Below, piece by piece: positions 15,758 to 24,563 of a DNA stretch of 32,000 nt. A program made the position numbers and the translations under genes. Positions within the stretch are counted from its first letter, which is position 1; every line of letters starts with the position of its first letter. This stretch comes from Candidatus Hadarchaeales archaeon (GTDB lineage: Archaea; Hadarchaeota; Hadarchaeia; Hadarchaeales; Hadarchaeaceae): contig JAWBCC010000003.1 of assembly GCA_038823825.1 (NCBI GenBank), positions 90,001 through 122,000 on the forward strand, written 5' to 3'. Below the pieces are notes generated by a model. It did not search any database. It had not been told where the DNA came from and worked only from the letters and a program-made list of their open reading frames with translations.

Positions 15758-17269
15758 GTGATAGAAATAAAGAGGACCATCGCGGAGATAAACGAGAAAA
15801 TCAAGCGAGGGGATGCCGTAATTCTCACGGCGGAAGAGATGGTAGAATTGGTCAGGGAAAAAGGTGCCGAGGCAGCCGCAAAGGAAGTTGACGTTGTGAC
15901 CACAGGAACATTCGGCCTCATGTGTAGTTCTGGAGCATTTCTAAACTTCGGTCACTCGGATCCTCCGATAAAATTCGGAGGAGGAGAAGTCTACCTGAAT
16001 GACGTTCCGGCCTACGCTGGCCTAGCTGCAGTCGATGTGTACATAGGTGCAACGGCTCTCTCCAGGAGCAAGGGCATTGAGTACGGCGGCGGCCACGTCA
16101 TCGAGGATTTAGTCAGCGGGAGAGAGATAGAGTTGGAGGCCAAAGCATATGGGACCGACTGTTATCCGCGACGAGAAATAAAGCTTACGTTCACGATTCA
16201 CGATCTGAACCAGGCGATCCTCTGTAACCCAAGAAATGCTTACCAGCGATACGTCGCAGCGACAAATTCAACAGACGAAACGCTTTACACATATATGGGC
16301 ACGCTTCTTCCGAAATTCGGAAACGTGACATTTGCGGGAACGGGTGAGCTTGGTCCGCTCGCGAAAGATCCGAACTACGAAACTATTGGAATCGGAACTA
16401 GGATTTTCTTAGCCGGTGCCCAGGGATATATAGTAGGCGAAGGAACGCAGCACGATCCAAAAAAGCAACGTGGAACGATAATGGTTGCTGGAGATCTAAA
16501 GCAGATGGATGCAAAATATCTACGTGGTGCGACAGTACATAAGTACGGGACGTCGCTTTTTGTGGGAATCGGAATACCCATTCCGATTATCAGTGAGCGA
16601 GTTGCCGCATCTGCCGGAATCAGCGATGAGCAAATAATGATAGATCTTCTAGACTATGGGGTTCCGAGACGGGAAAGGCCGATTATCAGGAAAGTCAGCT
16701 ATGCTGAGTTAAAGTCCGGTAAAGTGGAGATTTACGGAAAGGATGTTCCCGTTAGCCCGCTTAGCAGCATAAAAATCTCGAGGGAGATTGCAGAGAAGCT
16801 TAAGGAGCTCATAGAAAAGGGAGAATTCTTGCTTTCCGAGCCCGTCGCAAGACTTTCGACGGAGAGGGAATTCAAACCAATGCGTCAGCCGGAAAGGGTT
16901 ATTGTGGCCAAAGATTTGATGACGAGGGAGGTTATAACCTGCAAGCCGGAAACCCCGATAGCGGAGGCTGCAAGAATTCTAGCTAGGGGAGGCTTCGATC
17001 ACTTACCAGTGGTAGACGACTCAGGGACCCTAGTTGGTATTGTCACTTCTTGGGATCTAGCCATCTCTATAGGTTCTGGCAAAAACAAGGTTGCCGAGAT
17101 AATGACGAGAAAGGTGATAACGGCCGTAGAGAATGAACCTATCGAATCGGTCGCCAGAAAACTAGATGAGCATGGCATCTCGGGGGTCCCAGTTATTGAC
17201 GCCTTCCGCAGGGTTGTTGGAATAATCACTACCGACGACATCTCCAAGCTGATCGGGAAGAGGAGGTGA
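15758..17269 (+). CDS. COG1900/DUF39 homocysteine-biosynthesis protein with two C-terminal CBS domains
   Basis: The N-terminus KRTIAEINEKIKRGDAVILTAEEM and the long DUF39-like body resemble the methanogen MJ0100/MA1821 type. The C-terminal tandem CBS domains are LMTREVITCKPETPIAEAARIL...LPVVDDSGTLVGIVTSWDL and IMTRKVITAVENEPIESVARKL...VPVIDAFRRVVGIITTDDI. Confidence 0.85.
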   Translation: MIEIKRTIAEINEKIKRGDAVILTAEEMVELVREKGAEAAAKEVDVVTTGTFGLMCSSGAFLNFGHSDPPIKFGGGEVYLNDVPAYAGLAAVDVYIGATALSRSKGIEYGGGHVIEDLVSGREIELEAKAYGTDCYPRREIKLTFTIHDLNQAILCNPRNAYQRYVAATNSTDETLYTYMGTLLPKFGNVTFAGTGELGPLAKDPNYETIGIGTRIFLAGAQGYIVGEGTQHDPKKQRGTIMVAGDLKQMDAKYLRGATVHKYGTSLFVGIGIPIPIISERVAASAGISDEQIMIDLLDYGVPRRERPIIRKVSYAELKSGKVEIYGKDVPVSPLSSIKISREIAEKLKELIEKGEFLLSEPVARLSTEREFKPMRQPERVIVAKDLMTREVITCKPETPIAEAARILARGGFDHLPVVDDSGTLVGIVTSWDLAISIGSGKNKVAEIMTRKVITAVENEPIESVARKLDEHGISGVPVIDAFRRVVGIITTDDISKLIGKRR

Positions 17270-17273
17270 TTTC

Positions 17274-17675
17274 ATGAAAAAGAAAATTCTTCTGAAATAT
17301 TCAGCAACGAAAGCAACGGAACCGGTGCTGGCTTCAGCTATAAAAGAGACTGGACTCCTTGTCAACATCCTCTACGCGGACATCGACAGTTCCGGTGGAG
17401 AAATAATGATTTCTGTGGACGCACCTCAGCATGAGCTAGAAAGACTCCTTCAGAAACTCAGAGATTTGGGTGTTGAGGTGGAAGAGATCAGAAGAGTCAT
17501 AAAGCTCGATGAGTCGCGCTGCGTTCATTGTGGCGCTTGCGTTTCGATATGTCCGACGCAAGCTTTACGTCTCACAAATGATTTCTCCTTGAAGCTTGAT
17601 GAAGAAAAGTGCGTTTATTGTGAGGCATGCATTCCGACATGCCCCATGAGAGCTCTCAAGATCGGGAGGTGGTAA
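17274..17675 (+). CDS. NIL-domain / 2x[4Fe-4S] ferredoxin protein (MA1822/MJ0099 type)
   Basis: Two CxxCxxCxxxCP motifs (CVHCGACVSICP and CVYCEACIPTCP) follow an N-terminal NIL-like domain. The gene starts 5 nt after the COG1900 gene. Confidence 0.8.
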   Translation: MKKKILLKYSATKATEPVLASAIKETGLLVNILYADIDSSGGEIMISVDAPQHELERLLQKLRDLGVEVEEIRRVIKLDESRCVHCGACVSICPTQALRLTNDFSLKLDEEKCVYCEACIPTCPMRALKIGRW

Positions 17676-18406
17676 CCTTTCTAACGGCGAGATGGAGACG
17701 AGGAGAAACAACTCTGCTCATTAAGGCTAAATCCAAAGAAGCGATTCTTGCAGCCATTGAGGCGGCTAAGCAAGCTAGATTCGAAATAGAAGGATACGTT
17801 CTGCGTTATCCCGAGTTCAGATATTCTCTCCATCCGCTGAAAATTAGGGACCCTGAGAAGCCAAAGGTGGTTTCTCTTATGTTGAGAGCAGCTGAAATCG
17901 CAGGTGTCGGACCTTTTGCAGCGGTAGCAGGAGCTATCGCTCAGGTTGCTTCCGTAGCAGCTTCCGAGGTGGGTGGGGCTATTGTTGAGAACGGTGGAGA
18001 CATCTCGGCGTCCGGAAAATTCGATTTTTCGGTCGGAATCTTCGCCGGGGATTCTCCACTTTCGGGTACCATCGGCTTCAGGATAACAAGTGGAGATCTC
18101 CCAATCGGCATATGCACGAGTTCCGGAACCGTTGGTCATTCTATAAGTTTTGGTGTGGCAGACGCAGTTGTAGTAGTAGCAGACGAAGCCTCGGTTGCAG
18201 ATGCGGCAGCAACTGCAATAGCAAATGAGGTGACAGGAGAAGACATCGAACAATCTATAAAAAATGGCTTGGAAAAAGCCGACGAGATAGACGAAGTAAG
18301 AGGGTGTCTAATAATTCGCGGAAAAATGGCTGGAATGAAAGGAAAGCTTCCCAAGCTTATTCCGACCGAAAGAAAAAGTGTTTTAAAAGAAATAGATTGG
18401 GTCTAA
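17627..18406 (+). CDS. UPF0280/COG2122 (ApbE-like) protein
   Basis: ETTLLIKA...GVGPFAAVAGAIAQ...IVENGGDI...GICTSSGTVGHSISFGVADAVVVVA matches my recollection of the COG2122 family. The start is uncertain: ATG 17627 overlaps the ferredoxin gene by 49 nt, and GTG 17669 is an alternative. Confidence 0.7.
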   Translation: MHSDMPHESSQDREVVTFLTARWRRGETTLLIKAKSKEAILAAIEAAKQARFEIEGYVLRYPEFRYSLHPLKIRDPEKPKVVSLMLRAAEIAGVGPFAAVAGAIAQVASVAASEVGGAIVENGGDISASGKFDFSVGIFAGDSPLSGTIGFRITSGDLPIGICTSSGTVGHSISFGVADAVVVVADEASVADAAATAIANEVTGEDIEQSIKNGLEKADEIDEVRGCLIIRGKMAGMKGKLPKLIPTERKSVLKEIDWV

Positions 18407-18409
18407 TCG

Positions 18410-18892
18410 GTGAATCAATTGGAAAACCGAAAATATCTTTTGATTTTTGTAGCCCTCGTCTTGGCAGGCTTATTGTGCTATTTCATTTTCAGGATTGGGC
18501 GCTCTAAAACTTCCGAAAATTTCCCAAGCTTTGTGGAAAGAATAGTAATAGTCAAAAGGGTGATCGACGGGGACACAATTGAATTAAACAACGGTGAGAG
18601 GGTAAGGCTTGTCGGAATAAACGCTCCAGAGCTTTACCACGATCCTCCTGAGCCCGGGGCGTTAGAGGCTAAAGAATTCTTAGAAAACCTGTGTCCTCCT
18701 GGGTCAACAGTAGGTCTGAACGTTGACGACATGAAACCACATGATTTCTACGGCAGAACTCTGGCGGTCGTCTATGTGCTAGTGGATGGAAAATGGATAA
18801 ACGCGAATGCGGAGCTGCTTAAGCACGGTTTTGCTGAAATTTTATTCATTCCACCATCGGAGTTCAACCCATGGGAGTGGCTAGAGGATTAA
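18410..18892 (+). CDS. Staphylococcal-nuclease-like (SNase/thermonuclease) protein with N-terminal membrane anchor
   Basis: Hydrophobic N-terminus YLLIFVALVLAGLLCYFIF, then the SNase motif VIDGDTIELNNGERVRLVGINAPE. GTG start. Confidence 0.85.
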   Translation: MNQLENRKYLLIFVALVLAGLLCYFIFRIGRSKTSENFPSFVERIVIVKRVIDGDTIELNNGERVRLVGINAPELYHDPPEPGALEAKEFLENLCPPGSTVGLNVDDMKPHDFYGRTLAVVYVLVDGKWINANAELLKHGFAEILFIPPSEFNPWEWLED

Positions 18893-19770
18893 AAAATTGT
18901 GCCTGCCATGAAAGAGAGCAGACCGAAAAACATCCCGAGTTTACAATAGTTTGAGGCCATCGCTGCAGATTTCTTTGTTTGGGCTTTCACAATTTCACCT
19001 ATGGCCGTGATGAAAGCGAACAACGACATCGGTAAAAAGAGAACGTAACCTGTTCTCAATATGCCGCAAACAAGCGGTAAGGGAGACAAGCAGATGGCAA
19101 CAAGAACAAATATACTGGCAACGGCCGCACCAGTTCTTTTACCATATCTTATTGGAAATGTTTCTAATCCCAGTCTTTTATCTCCCTCGAAATCCTGGAT
19201 GGATTTTATGATTTCCCTTCCAACAGTCGAGAAGAAAGATAGAAGAACAAGCAAAAGCAAGGACGCCGGTAGAAACTCTTGTCTGAAAGGATAGAGTGCA
19301 ATCCCGCCGAAAAGAAATGTGGATCCAACGAGATATCCGATCGTAATGTTGCCTGGCAATCCGGTTCGCTTGAGTCGGGCCGAGTATGCTACAAGCATGA
19401 GAGCGTTGAATCCGGCTAAAAGCAAGCATGGCATGTTTCTCATGAGCGTGGCGGTCGCAAATCCAGTGAGAAATAGAATCTTGGAGATTTTAACAGCTTC
19501 AGCCGGCTTTATTTTTCCAGAAGGTATTGGTCTATCCGGCCTGTTGATCTTGTCGATCTTCCTGTCGAAGAAATCGTTGATGGCGTTTCCGCCTCCCGAA
19601 ATCATAAACGCGGTCAAAAAGGCGAGCAGGTAGAAATACCAGTCTGCTTTACCTCCGGCTACAAAAGCTCCGATGATGACAGCTATGCCCGCCAGCAGAC
19701 AGTTCAGCGGTCGTATGAGCTTCAAGCCAGCAGATAGTTTCTCGATTTTTGACGGAATATGTTCACCCAC
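18889..19770 (-). CDS. UbiA-family prenyltransferase, probable digeranylgeranylglyceryl phosphate (DGGGP) synthase
   Basis: Polytopic membrane protein with Asp-rich motifs NAINDFFDRKIDKINRPDRPIPSG and IQDFEGDKRLG. GTG start after a purine-rich stretch. Confidence 0.85.
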   Translation of the reverse strand: MGEHIPSKIEKLSAGLKLIRPLNCLLAGIAVIIGAFVAGGKADWYFYLLAFLTAFMISGGGNAINDFFDRKIDKINRPDRPIPSGKIKPAEAVKISKILFLTGFATATLMRNMPCLLLAGFNALMLVAYSARLKRTGLPGNITIGYLVGSTFLFGGIALYPFRQEFLPASLLLLVLLSFFSTVGREIIKSIQDFEGDKRLGLETFPIRYGKRTGAAVASIFVLVAICLSPLPLVCGILRTGYVLFLPMSLFAFITAIGEIVKAQTKKSAAMASNYCKLGMFFGLLSFMAGTIF

Positions 19771-19822
19771 CCCTCTCTCCCCGCAAATAACTTAAGAGTT
19801 ATCCCGGAGCTTCTACCAGACG

Positions 19823-20872
19823 ATGAACGAAATTACTCTGGAAGACTCTATTATGAAGCTCGTCGAGGAAATAAGATTCTACGAGATCAGAAGGATGAAG
19901 CTTATCAAGAAAATTCTGGAGAAAAATGTTTTCTCCAAGCTGAAAATGAGGATACAAAAGTTGACCATGGACGAAATTTCTGTTTGTGGAGTGGACGGAG
20001 GAATGTTGCAGTTGCAGTTGAACGGTTTAGATGTTGTCGCGATCAGAGCTGTGGCCGTCGTTTTTCATTATCTAGCAGGTAGACTGGCTTCGGTTGAATA
20101 TTTTCCTTCAGGTCCAGCCCCAATTCATTTCTTTTTGGTCAAGGAGCCGTTAGACAAAGTTAAGACGGACTCATTGGCAGGCATGAGAAGACAAATACTA
20201 GAAGTTTCTAGGGCTAGAGAAGTGATAGGGAAAGGGGCAGCGCAACTCGTTTTGTTAGATGGATCGATTCTTCCGCAATATGTAGAGAGATTTCAGGATT
20301 GCAGGGAGTACGCCGAGCAATATGACGAGCTTATAACCTCATATAGAAGGCTTTTCGAGGAAGCAGAAAGCAAGGGCGTTTTGTTGGCCGGCCTTGTGAA
20401 GGATAGCAGGGGAAAGAGATTTTGTCAAATGCTTGCAGAGTTAGCAGAGTTGGACGGAGAAGATAAAGACTTTCTTCTCAGCTACCGCGATATCGCTATT
20501 CTCGATGAAATCTTATCCGAGAAAGAGCGTACGATCGCTTTCCCTTACACCGAGGAATTTCCTCCGCAAACCTTGGGAGGTCTTGAGGATTTCGGTAGAA
20601 AAGTTAACGTATTCTATGCGAGGATGTCGCAGTTTGATGTGCCGTTTCGTGTTGAGTTTTTAGCAACCAGGAATTCTGAAGAAGTTGCGGATGAACTCTC
20701 CTCGATCTTGGAATTCCTCTTTTCTTTCGGTTTTGGGTTTTCGATTCCACCCGTCCTGGTGGAGGCAGATTTCAGAGCGAGATTAAGAGAGGAGGCGGAA
20801 TGGATCCAAGAAAGGGTTTTCGATGTTATTGGTCCAAGATTCTTGACGAGGCGGGATCGGAGACCTCTGTGA
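19823..20872 (+). CDS. nurA: NurA-family 5'-3' nuclease
   Basis: NurA motifs VCGVDGG, LVLLDGSILP, LVKDSRGK and VLVEADFRAR. It is immediately upstream of, and coupled to, the HerA-like ATPase. Confidence 0.8.
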   Translation: MNEITLEDSIMKLVEEIRFYEIRRMKLIKKILEKNVFSKLKMRIQKLTMDEISVCGVDGGMLQLQLNGLDVVAIRAVAVVFHYLAGRLASVEYFPSGPAPIHFFLVKEPLDKVKTDSLAGMRRQILEVSRAREVIGKGAAQLVLLDGSILPQYVERFQDCREYAEQYDELITSYRRLFEEAESKGVLLAGLVKDSRGKRFCQMLAELAELDGEDKDFLLSYRDIAILDEILSEKERTIAFPYTEEFPPQTLGGLEDFGRKVNVFYARMSQFDVPFRVEFLATRNSEEVADELSSILEFLFSFGFGFSIPPVLVEADFRARLREEAEWIQERVFDVIGPRFLTRRDRRPL

Positions 20873-20881
20873 GGTGGTCTG

Positions 20882-22438
20882 GTGGAGCTAGGTACTGTCA
20901 TCGCTACGCCCGATGGGCCCACTCCCAGAAAATTCTGCTTTGTGGTAAAAGAAGGAGTTGTGGTTGGACTAAACAAGTTTGTGAAAGTAGAAGTCGACGG
21001 AAACTGGGCTTACGGTTATGTCAAGAACGTTGTGAGAATGAACAGGTATTTCCAAAAGACCGATGCTGTGTGGGAATATGAAAGAGGGGGAGGATTGAGC
21101 GCGGCTTTTCCGACGAGCATGTGGGAATATTCCATCGCAGAGGTTTGGGTTTTTGGATATTTGAAAGAGGGTTTTCTCAGAAGACCCTCCTTGCCACCAT
21201 CGCCAGGCAAAGTTGTTTTCGATTTAACGGATGAAGAACTTAGATTTGTGCTCGGTTTAGACGAAGATGGATTAGAAATTGGGGAACTCGAGGAGCAAAA
21301 TCTCCTAGTTAGACTTAACCCAACTCGTCTTTTACAGAAACATCTCGCCGTGCTCGCGATGTCCGGTGCAGGAAAAAGTAACTGCGCAAAGGTGATTGTG
21401 GAGGAGCTTTTGAAGAGAAACCCGGAGAGAGGGAGGCCAGCAGTTCTGATATTTGACGTTCACGGGGAATATTCTGATCTGGTTCGAAGTTTTCCCGGAC
21501 AGGTTGTTGAGGTTAAGGCAGAGAACATTAAAATAAATACTTCTGAGCTGACGGTTTGGCATTTCCGAGAATTCATTCCAGAAATGACTGGCAGCCAAGC
21601 CAGAGAGCTCGCTCAAATACTCGATGATCTCAAATCGAAGAAAGGATTTTTCGAGATCTGGGACATCATAAATCGTCTACGGGAGTTGGAAGGATTAAAC
21701 AAGAATCTGAGAGGGGCGTTGGAAGGATGGCTTTTTGACTTACAATCTCTTGGTATTTTCGGCAGAGAAGACTGTCCTAGATGGGACTCGCTGATTTTTC
21801 CAGGACGCGCAGTTGTGGTGAACATGGAAAGGATGACGAGTCTGACGAAGAAGCAGATTCTGCTGACATACATTGTTAACAGGATTTTCCATCTGCGGAG
21901 GAGAGGACTAGTCCCACCGATAGTTCTGGTGATCGAAGAAGCACACACTTTTGCCCCAACGGAAGCAGCGATTTCTAAACATGTTCTGGAGACGGTCGCA
22001 AGGGAAGGAAGAAAATTCCACATTTCGCTCGTTGTCATTTCCCAGCGACCTGTTAGGCTTTCGACCACGTTGCTCTCGCAAACGAACACGAATATAATCT
22101 TAAGGATAACGAATCCATATGATCTTGAACACATAAAGAAATCTTCCGAAATGGTGACCGGGGAGGTGGCAGAATCTATATCTAGTTTAGCTGTTGGTGA
22201 AGCACTTGTCGTTGGAGAAGCCGTGAACGTTCCAATCTTCGTTAGAATCAGGCGAGTATCATCACCCATCTCCTTTGAATTTAGCTTGGAAGAAGCAGCA
22301 AGACTTTACGAGCTTTCGCTTTCCGTCGGAATTGAGAGAACTGCGAAAGAAGAGCACTCATCGAGCCTTAGTATGACATCTGACGGAAGCACCTGTTCCT
22401 CCGCATACTCGTCCAGAACCGGTGAGAGATCGACATGA
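20882..22438 (+). CDS. herA: HerA-like (DUF87, FtsK/HerA superfamily) hexameric ATPase/helicase
   Basis: N-terminal HAS-barrel-like GTVIATPDGPT...VGLNKFVKVEV, Walker A LAMSGAGKSN, Walker B VLVIEEAH, and SQRP. GTG start 7 nt after GAGGTGG. The last ~45 codons overlap a convergent ORF, so the true 3' end is uncertain. Confidence 0.9.
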   Translation: MELGTVIATPDGPTPRKFCFVVKEGVVVGLNKFVKVEVDGNWAYGYVKNVVRMNRYFQKTDAVWEYERGGGLSAAFPTSMWEYSIAEVWVFGYLKEGFLRRPSLPPSPGKVVFDLTDEELRFVLGLDEDGLEIGELEEQNLLVRLNPTRLLQKHLAVLAMSGAGKSNCAKVIVEELLKRNPERGRPAVLIFDVHGEYSDLVRSFPGQVVEVKAENIKINTSELTVWHFREFIPEMTGSQARELAQILDDLKSKKGFFEIWDIINRLRELEGLNKNLRGALEGWLFDLQSLGIFGREDCPRWDSLIFPGRAVVVNMERMTSLTKKQILLTYIVNRIFHLRRRGLVPPIVLVIEEAHTFAPTEAAISKHVLETVAREGRKFHISLVVISQRPVRLSTTLLSQTNTNIILRITNPYDLEHIKKSSEMVTGEVAESISSLAVGEALVVGEAVNVPIFVRIRRVSSPISFEFSLEEAARLYELSLSVGIERTAKEEHSSSLSMTSDGSTCSSAYSSRTGERST

Positions 22439-22956
22439 AAGAAATTGAGAGTGATGCAGCTCTCGATCGGTTCTTGAGTGCAAGGAAGGGAGCCGGTTGT
22501 CCGAAAACGCCTATACTGCTGAACGGCTCTGCGGAGTAATTGATGTTCGCCTTTTAAGAATTCCTTCCCTACGAGTTTTGCATTTAGACCCTCCAAAATT
22601 TCGGAGCAGAGCTCTTCCTCAATGGAAACGACCGGAAATCCTAAATGAGAAGCTAATAAAATCGTTCTGAGATCCGTAAGAGATATTTCTCGTTCCTCGA
22701 GGAAAAGCAATCTTCTGGCCAGCTCGTCCAAGATCTCTGGCAGATAAAGGGCGAAGATTTCGCCGTTTCGCAAAAGCTGGTTTACAAATGTATATTTTAT
22801 GACGTGCTTTCTTACTTGAATCAGTTTATCTCTGGCCAGCCAAGAATACGTAACTGAAGGTATGAAAAGGTCTCCATCTAGGAGAAGACGTACCCTTCTG
22901 AAATTCTGGAAAGAAGAGAGAATCCCAACATCGCAGACAGCTCCGTATCTAAACAT
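22306..22956 (-). CDS. Hypothetical protein, possibly PIN-like at the N-terminus
   Basis: N-terminal AVCDVGIL and later LTDLRTILLASHLGFPVVSIEEE are reminiscent of PIN acidic motifs, but this is a weak call. The ATG at 22956 is preferred over the TTG at 22959. Confidence 0.4.
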   Translation of the reverse strand: MFRYGAVCDVGILSSFQNFRRVRLLLDGDLFIPSVTYSWLARDKLIQVRKHVIKYTFVNQLLRNGEIFALYLPEILDELARRLLFLEEREISLTDLRTILLASHLGFPVVSIEEELCSEILEGLNAKLVGKEFLKGEHQLLRRAVQQYRRFRTTGSLPCTQEPIESCITLNFFHVDLSPVLDEYAEEQVLPSDVILRLDECSSFAVLSIPTESESS

Positions 22957-22997
22957 CAACTGGCTTTTAAAACGAGGAGGTTAAATAATCCGAACAT

Positions 22998-23924
22998 TTA
23001 AAAATCAAGTCTTATTTTCTGGTTTTTTATGAACTTCAGAACCTCCTCGAGTGTTGGCATGGAGGGCATTGCTCCGATTTTTGTCACAACCAAGCTTCCC
23101 ACCGCGTTGGCGAAGATGGCAGTTTTTCTCACATCCCATCCTTTCAGAGTTCCATAAATAGCGCCTCCCATAAATCCATCTCCTGCTCCAGTTCTATCTA
23201 CCACTTCAACGTCGGGCACACCCAGATATCCTCTTTGATCCCCCTCCGCGTAGTAACATCCTTTTGGACCCAGTGTGAGGAAAACCCTCCTCGCGTATCT
23301 TAAAACCTTGTTGACCCCTCTCTCTATGTCTTCCCCAAAAAGAAAGCGTAACTCTTCGTCATTCATTTTGACAATATCAGCCATCATAAGACCTTGCACG
23401 ATCATCCTCTTTGCCTTAGTTTCGCTATCCCACAAGTTCAGCCTGAGATTAGGGTCAAAGGAAATTATCGCCCTGTTTTTCCTTGCGACTTCTATGGCTT
23501 TCAAAGTTGCACTCCTTGAGGGTTCACAAATCATAGAAATGCTGCCAAAATGGAAAATCCTGCAGCCCGCGAGCTTTTCTCTGTCGATTTCCGATGGTTT
23601 GAGATTCGCATCAGCGCCTCTTCTAAACTCAAACCTCCGCTCCCCCGTTTCATCAACGAAGACGAATGCTAGAGTAGTCCCGATTTTATCTTTCAAGATT
23701 CCATCGACATCGACTCCAGCTTCGCTCATAGTTTTTATCAAAAATCTTCCAAATTGGTCATCTCCAACCTTCCCGATGAATGCGGTTTTTAGTCCGAGTC
23801 TTGCACACGCAACGGCAACGTTTGCTGGGGCACCTCCTGCACAACAGGTGAAAGTCTTACCTCCATCCTTCGAAATCATATCCACCAAAAGTTCTCCCAA
23901 GCATATGACGTCAAGACGCTTCAT
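22998..23924 (-). CDS. PfkB-family carbohydrate kinase (ribokinase/fructokinase-like)
   Basis: N-terminal GELLVD...GGAPANVA, the DPNLR motif and C-terminal TGAGDGF are all typical PfkB signatures. Confidence 0.9.
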   Translation of the reverse strand: MKRLDVICLGELLVDMISKDGGKTFTCCAGGAPANVAVACARLGLKTAFIGKVGDDQFGRFLIKTMSEAGVDVDGILKDKIGTTLAFVFVDETGERRFEFRRGADANLKPSEIDREKLAGCRIFHFGSISMICEPSRSATLKAIEVARKNRAIISFDPNLRLNLWDSETKAKRMIVQGLMMADIVKMNDEELRFLFGEDIERGVNKVLRYARRVFLTLGPKGCYYAEGDQRGYLGVPDVEVVDRTGAGDGFMGGAIYGTLKGWDVRKTAIFANAVGSLVVTKIGAMPSMPTLEEVLKFIKNQKIRLDF

Positions 23925-24116
23925 CTTTTCTCCTTCAAAGGCTGCCTTTTTATTTCTTCCCTATAAACCCATCAAAACAAAGAGTGAAAGCGGAGCATTA
24001 AGAGTATTACCTTTTAAGAGTAATCCCCATACCGCCGGCTTCAATGATTCGCCGTAGGGGTAAAAATAAATTGCATATATATGGGAGTTTCACCCAATTT
24101 CTTCAGGGTGAATGGA

Positions 24117-24536
24117 ATGCAAATCAGAGTAAATCTCACATACATCTCGGCGGAAAGATTGATGGAGCCCGGGGAGACCGGTCCGCCTCAGGTACAGATC
24201 TCCACGAATGTGAATATCATCGGTGCTGAATTTAAACGAGAAAACTTGGTAATCCCCTTTATAGTGACCATAAACTATTCCCCTTCTATTGCTCAGATAA
24301 GCATGAAAGGTCAAGCATTTATCTCGGGTGAACCGGACGAACTGAAAAAGATAGAGACTGGATATAAGGGAAAATCCCCACCATCTCCGCAAATACTACA
24401 AGCCATAACGAGTGCATCCTTGATCGAAGCGACAATCATTTCAAGATCCCTAAACATACCCCCACCACTTCCTCTGCCTTCCATCTCTCAGCAGATGAAA
24501 TCCGAGGATAAGGAGAAACCGTCCTATGTTGGTTGA
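24117..24536 (+). CDS. Hypothetical protein (about 139 aa) with a Pro-rich C-terminal tail
   Basis: ORF with coding-like composition. I prefer Met at 24117 (MQIRVNLTYISAER) to the listed 24081. The C-terminus is NIPPPLPLPSISQQMKSEDKEKPSYVG. I recognise no family with confidence. Confidence 0.55.
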   Translation: MQIRVNLTYISAERLMEPGETGPPQVQISTNVNIIGAEFKRENLVIPFIVTINYSPSIAQISMKGQAFISGEPDELKKIETGYKGKSPPSPQILQAITSASLIEATIISRSLNIPPPLPLPSISQQMKSEDKEKPSYVG

Positions 24537-24563
24537 GGGTTCCTGTAGGTTGGACCCGGCAAA

